A DNA stretch of 64,000 nucleotides, taken from assembly GCA_034432595.1 (NCBI GenBank), contig DAOUBT010000033.1, forward strand, positions 2,353-66,352. Reading direction: 5' to 3'. Below, one piece after another: positions 60,044 to 64,000 of the stretch. This DNA comes from Anaerolineae bacterium (GTDB lineage: Bacteria; Chloroflexota; Anaerolineae; B4-G1; SLSP01). Positions within the stretch are counted from its first letter, which is position 1. The number at the start of each line of letters is the position of its first letter. Made by a program: the position numbers and the translations under genes. The notes beneath the pieces were generated by a model, which saw only the letters and a program-made list of their open reading frames with translations, did not search any database and had not been told where the DNA came from.

Positions 60044-60695
60044 CGCTCTCCTCCACGTGGGGGAATTCAACCACGTCCTTGCCCGCCAGTTTATCCAGCA
60101 CGCGCTCGGCGATAATTTCCATATGCTGCGGATAGCGCACAAAGTTGAGCTGATCACCCGGCACGGTGAGCACAGGGCACAGATCGAATGTGGCAATCCA
60201 TTCCTGATAGAAGCGGTCGAGCAGGGTCAGGTAATCCGCCGAGATACTGCGTTCGATGTCGCGTCCGCGCTGCGCGATGTGTTGCAGCAGGGTGGGGACG
60301 CCGGCGCGGATGTAGATGAGCAGGTCGGGCCGGGGCAGGCCGCTCACGATCTGGTCGTACAGGCGGCGATAGGAACGGTAATCGCGTTCGGTCATGTTGT
60401 GCATCTCGTACAGCGCGCGCGCAAAAATGTGCGCGTCCTCGTAGATGCTGCGGTCAATGATGGCCGAAATGGGCAGTTCGGCCATTTTACGGTGCTGTTC
60501 TGCGCGATGTCCCAGGAAAAAAATTTGCAGGTGAAAACTCCAGGTGCGCATATCGGCGTAGAAGTCGGCCAGGTAGGGGTTATCGTCCACCGACTCGTAG
60601 GCGATATGCCAGCCCAGGCGTGTGGCCAGGCGCTCCGCTAAGGATGTCTTCCCCGCGCCGATGTTGCCGGCGACTAAGATGAGATGTTTGGCCAT
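60024..60695 (-). CDS. Deoxynucleoside kinase (Dck/Dgk family)
   Basis: Motifs GNIGAGKT, DRSIYED and RGRDIE. Confidence 0.92.
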   Translation of the reverse strand: MAKHLILVAGNIGAGKTSLAERLATRLGWHIAYESVDDNPYLADFYADMRTWSFHLQIFFLGHRAEQHRKMAELPISAIIDRSIYEDAHIFARALYEMHNMTERDYRSYRRLYDQIVSGLPRPDLLIYIRAGVPTLLQHIAQRGRDIERSISADYLTLLDRFYQEWIATFDLCPVLTVPGDQLNFVRYPQHMEIIAERVLDKLAGKDVVEFPHVEESDAGGAG

Positions 60696-62179
60696 GAGCG
60701 CTCCTCCGCTGTTGGATGGTACAGGCTACATTTTACCACAGCGCGCGTGGAAGGGGTGACGCGCGCGCGCTCACTCAGGCGCACGCCGACGACCCAGAGG
60801 ATGGTATCGCCACTGCACAAGAGCGGGATAGCGTCACGCCAGGGGGCGGGCACCTTATGGCGCACGAAGAAATCGCCCAGATTGACCTCCGCCCCCAGGT
60901 TAAGCGGCGCGAAGCGGTCGCCCGCGCGCCGTGTGCGCACGAACAGCGGGGGTTGCAGCGCATCGGCATCCAGGTAGGCGGTCAGGGGGTCGGGGTTGTT
61001 GATGATGGCCGTCAGCTCCCAGGAGTCCAACCGTTCCAGGGTGAGGAGCCAGCCCTGCGGCAGTGGATAAGGACCCGCGCCGCCGAGCGGTATGACATCC
61101 CCGGCGGTCAGCCAGGGACGGTCGGGAGGGAGGAGCAGCGCGTCGGCGTGGGCGAGGGTCAGGCGGTCATAGCCCACCACGAGCTTGAGGTTGCGCGGCA
61201 GGGTGGCCTGCTGTCCGGTGACGCCTTCCACGGCGACGCGCACCGCCGCTTCAACGTGGACGAAGTCCACGTCGCGCAGGGTGGGGCGCAGCGCGTAGGC
61301 GGCGCGGCGGATGAGGGCGCGTTGCAAGCTCAGCGGCAGGGCGCGAAAGCCCACCCGGTCGAAGCTTATCGCGTTTTCGTGCTGTTCCAGCAGCAGCGTA
61401 TCCCAGCTCTGTTGCGTCAGTTCCTCCAGCAGCGCGTAATCCGCGCGCACCACTTCGGCCAGGGCGCACAGGCGCTCCCGAATGCGCGGATTGAGGCGGG
61501 CCAGGTAAGGAATCACCTCGTGGCGCAGGCGGTTACGGAAGAAGGTGGTATCGGCGTTGGAGCTATCGTAGCGCGTGGGGAGGTCCCAGGCGGCGCAGTA
61601 GGCTTCGATGGCGGCGCGCGGGGTAAAAAGCAGCGGGCGGATGAGGAGCAGGTCCCGGCGCGCTTCCGGCGGTAGCGGCAGCACCCGATAAGCGCTCAAG
61701 GGCGTGGCGGGCGCCATGCCGCGCAGGCCAGCCGGGCCGCTGCCGCGCAGCAAGTGCATCAGCACCGTTTCGGCCTGATCGTCGGCGTGATGGGCGACGG
61801 CGATGGTTGTGGCGCCCTGTTGCAGCGCGACGCGCGCCAGAAAGGCGTAGCGGTGACGGCGTGCTGCCTCTTCCAGGGCCAGGTGTTCCTGCCGCGCCAG
61901 GGTGGGCACGTCGAGGCGTTCGATGGTGCAGGGCACGTCCCAGCGCGCGCATAGCTCGGCGACGAACGCCGCATCCGCGTCGGCCTCGGCGCCGCGGATG
62001 CCGTGGTGCAGGTGGGCGGCGTGCAGGGTGAGCTGCCAATCGGCGCGCAGGCGCGTGAAAAGATGCAGCAAGGCCACGGAATCTGGCCCGCCGGAAATGC
62101 CAATGATCACGCGGCTGCCCGGCCTCAGGAGTCTGTAGCGGCGCAAGGTCTCCTGAAACGCTTGCAGCATAGCGCTCAT
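60674..62179 (-). CDS. tilS: tRNA(Ile)-lysidine synthetase
   Basis: Motifs SGGPDSVAL, AHHADDQAET, IRPLL, RNRLRH and RRAGDRF. Confidence 0.95.
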   Translation of the reverse strand: MSAMLQAFQETLRRYRLLRPGSRVIIGISGGPDSVALLHLFTRLRADWQLTLHAAHLHHGIRGAEADADAAFVAELCARWDVPCTIERLDVPTLARQEHLALEEAARRHRYAFLARVALQQGATTIAVAHHADDQAETVLMHLLRGSGPAGLRGMAPATPLSAYRVLPLPPEARRDLLLIRPLLFTPRAAIEAYCAAWDLPTRYDSSNADTTFFRNRLRHEVIPYLARLNPRIRERLCALAEVVRADYALLEELTQQSWDTLLLEQHENAISFDRVGFRALPLSLQRALIRRAAYALRPTLRDVDFVHVEAAVRVAVEGVTGQQATLPRNLKLVVGYDRLTLAHADALLLPPDRPWLTAGDVIPLGGAGPYPLPQGWLLTLERLDSWELTAIINNPDPLTAYLDADALQPPLFVRTRRAGDRFAPLNLGAEVNLGDFFVRHKVPAPWRDAIPLLCSGDTILWVVGVRLSERARVTPSTRAVVKCSLYHPTAEERSWPNISS

Positions 62180-63318
62180 GAACGTCTTGGCAGAGGGACG
62201 ACGGTGCCGCAGTATTCGCAGGTGACCTGCGTCATGCCCTTATAGACGGGCGGGAGCTGTCCCTTACAGCGCGGACACTCGGTGGGCGCGTTCTCGTAGG
62301 CGATGTCGTCCGCTGCGCTCGGCGCGGCGCTTTCGCTGACGTAGGCTTCAATCTGGCCCAGGCGTACCATCTCGATGCGCTGCGCCCAATCCTCGTTGCG
62401 TGCGCCGCCTTCCAGCTTAAGCGTGATGGTGGGCGGGATGTCGCGGTATTCGGCCCGCAGGATGAGCCATTCCTGGTGCGAGAGGAAGGCGGATTTATCC
62501 TGCGTGGTGACTTCGCGCAGCGCGCCGATGGGGAACTGCCACAGCAGTTTCTTCACTTCTTCACTGGCGGTGGTGACGAAGAGCACCTTTTTGGTCGCGA
62601 CCTTTTCCCGCTGCTCGAAGGCTAAACGTGCGTTGGTGAGGAAAAGCAAGCCGCGCGGACCCTCGTCTTTTTGCGTGAGCCAGCGCGCCTCCACGGCAGC
62701 GATAGGCGCCTCATCCGGCAGGGCGGGGAAGCTGGCGGCGGCAAAGGCCTCCAGGACAAAAGCGGCGTCCTTTAGCTCCCGCTCCAGCGCGCTCAGGTCG
62801 CGTTCCAGGTTTTGCGTCAGGTCACGGATGGCTGTTTCCGCCTGAAGAATCATGTTCTCGAAGGTATTGAGGTCATTATCCACGGCGGGAAGGGCGCTGG
62901 CGGACGTGGCGCGTCCCAGCAGTTGCGTGACCTGATCGCCAAACCGGCGCAGTAGCTGACGCTGGTCGTTGATGCGGGTAAGCACGACGGAGCGCTGCGT
63001 ATCCCAGGTTTGTTTGAGGGCCGTGTAGCGTGCAGGCCAGGCTTTGCCGTAGCGATAGCCGCGTTTGTTGAGGTCGTCAATCTGCGTGGGGATAGCCTGC
63101 AGGCGGTTTGTGAGTTTTTCTGCTTCGGCGAGGATGCCATCCAGGGTGGCGCGGGACGTCAGGGATTGCAGGCGGCTGCGGCGGTTGCTGAGTTCGCTTT
63201 GCAGGTCGAGTGGCGCTGCGCCGGGGGTGGGAGCTGGGGTGGGGCGGGTGGCGCCGACGCGCGAGGTCAGCTCGCGCCGATCTTCTTCGGGAAGGGGCTT
63301 TTTCTTCATGTCCGGCAT
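62176..63318 (-). CDS. Hypothetical protein: helical/coiled-coil region, PH/GRAM-like segment, C-terminal Zn ribbon
   Basis: RBS GGAGG; GLLFLTNARLAF; CPRC..CEYC at the C-terminus; stop overlaps the tilS start. Confidence 0.7.
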   Translation of the reverse strand: MPDMKKKPLPEEDRRELTSRVGATRPTPAPTPGAAPLDLQSELSNRRSRLQSLTSRATLDGILAEAEKLTNRLQAIPTQIDDLNKRGYRYGKAWPARYTALKQTWDTQRSVVLTRINDQRQLLRRFGDQVTQLLGRATSASALPAVDNDLNTFENMILQAETAIRDLTQNLERDLSALERELKDAAFVLEAFAAASFPALPDEAPIAAVEARWLTQKDEGPRGLLFLTNARLAFEQREKVATKKVLFVTTASEEVKKLLWQFPIGALREVTTQDKSAFLSHQEWLILRAEYRDIPPTITLKLEGGARNEDWAQRIEMVRLGQIEAYVSESAAPSAADDIAYENAPTECPRCKGQLPPVYKGMTQVTCEYCGTVVPLPRRS

Positions 63319-63399
63319 AGGATAACCTCCTTGGGTTGAATGGAGGATGAGCGTATCACGGTTTGGAGTCGCGGTTGTATCGTGCGACTTCCCTGGGGC

Positions 63400-63422
63400 G
63401 GCGCAGGGGCCACCCCTGCGCC
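63400..63422 (-). terminator. GC hairpin downstream of prfB
   Basis: GGCGCAGGGG-CCA-CCCCTGCGCC; no clear U tract. Confidence 0.4.
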
Positions 63423-63473
63423 GTTCCCTGATTCATGGTGTTAAACTGTCACTGCACCCCAGAGATAGGGACG

Positions 63474-64000
63474 TCAGGCCTGGGCTTGAATCGAGGCGCG
63501 CAGGTAGGCTTCGATGAAGGCGTCTATCTCGCCATCCAGGACAGCCTGCGTGTTGCCCGTTTCGTAATCGGTGCGGTGGTCCTTGACCATCTGGTAGGGA
63601 TGGAGGACGTAGGAACGAATCTGATTGCCCCAGGCGGCGTCGCGGTGTTCGCCTTTAAGCGCGGCGACCTGTTCGCGGCGCTTTTCCTCTTCTATTTCGT
63701 AAAGGCGTGCTTTGAGCACGCGCAGCGCGTTCTCTTTGTTCTGCGTGAGCGAACGCTCATTCTGGCACGAGACGATCAGGCCGCTGGGGATGTGGTGGAT
63801 GCGCACCGCCGTCTCGTTCTTCTGCACGTGCTGCCCACCCGCGGAGGAGGCGCGGAAGGTTTCGATTTCCAGGTCCTCCGGGCGGATGTCTATTTCGATT
63901 TCATCCCCGATGTCAGGCCACACCTCAACCAGGGCAAAGGAGGTGTGTCGCCGATGGGCCGCATCGAAGGGCGAGAGGCGCACCAGGCGATGGACGCCGC
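63474..64000 (-). CDS. prfB: Peptide chain release factor 2, 3' part (5' end outside the window)
   Basis: [11 protein letters not shown] (SPF motif), GGQ, and [13 protein letters not shown]. Confidence 0.95.
   Translation of the reverse strand, partial: GVHRLVRLSPFDAAHRRHTSFALVEVWPDIGDEIEIDIRPEDLEIETFRASSAGGQHVQKNETAVRIHHIPSGLIVSCQNERSLTQNKENALRVLKARLYEIEEEKRREQVAALKGEHRDAAWGNQIRSYVLHPYQMVKDHRTDYETGNTQAVLDGEIDAFIEAYLRASIQAQA

Noticed and set aside
63474-64000. prfB programmed +1 frameshift
   Set aside because: The site would lie near the 5' end, outside this window, so it cannot be assessed.

Overview
GC-rich bacterial chromosomal window, most likely Chloroflexota/Anaerolineae (inferred from gene content and protein style; not verified). 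It opens inside a decayed type III-like DNA methyltransferase gene. That gene carries an intein with a DUF559/Vsr-like nuclease and an in-frame 39-bp palindromic repeat array. Next come pstSCAB, pyruvate:ferredoxin oxidoreductase, a PadR gene upstream of an Fe/B12-class ABC importer, and the nusA-ylxR-infB-rbfA-nrnA-truB-ribF operon, which lacks rimP, has a NusA with an alphaCTD-like domain, and contains two terminator-like hairpins. These are followed by recJ, hutH plus an SDR, two TPR/Zn-ribbon genes, a fused xanthine-dehydrogenase-like gene plus adenine deaminase, and a six-GAF histidine kinase. A 15-gene acyl-CoA/ester catabolic-type cluster follows: FabG-like SDR, KAS III with a non-canonical triad, CoA transferase, signal-less SBP paralogue, two hydrolases, archaeal-type thiolase with DUF35, and a Liv-type ABC importer. 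Converging on it is the run prfB, hypothetical, tilS, deoxynucleoside kinase, LuxR-TM-Kelch and a MalT/SARP regulator. Intergenic spaces carry a family of small elements with GTAACGGCTTACC termini and a GGGTGGGCGAAGGCATTGCCTTCGCCCACCC palindrome. No CRISPR array, tRNA, rRNA or transposase was found. All calls come from manual motif reading; no database searches were run.
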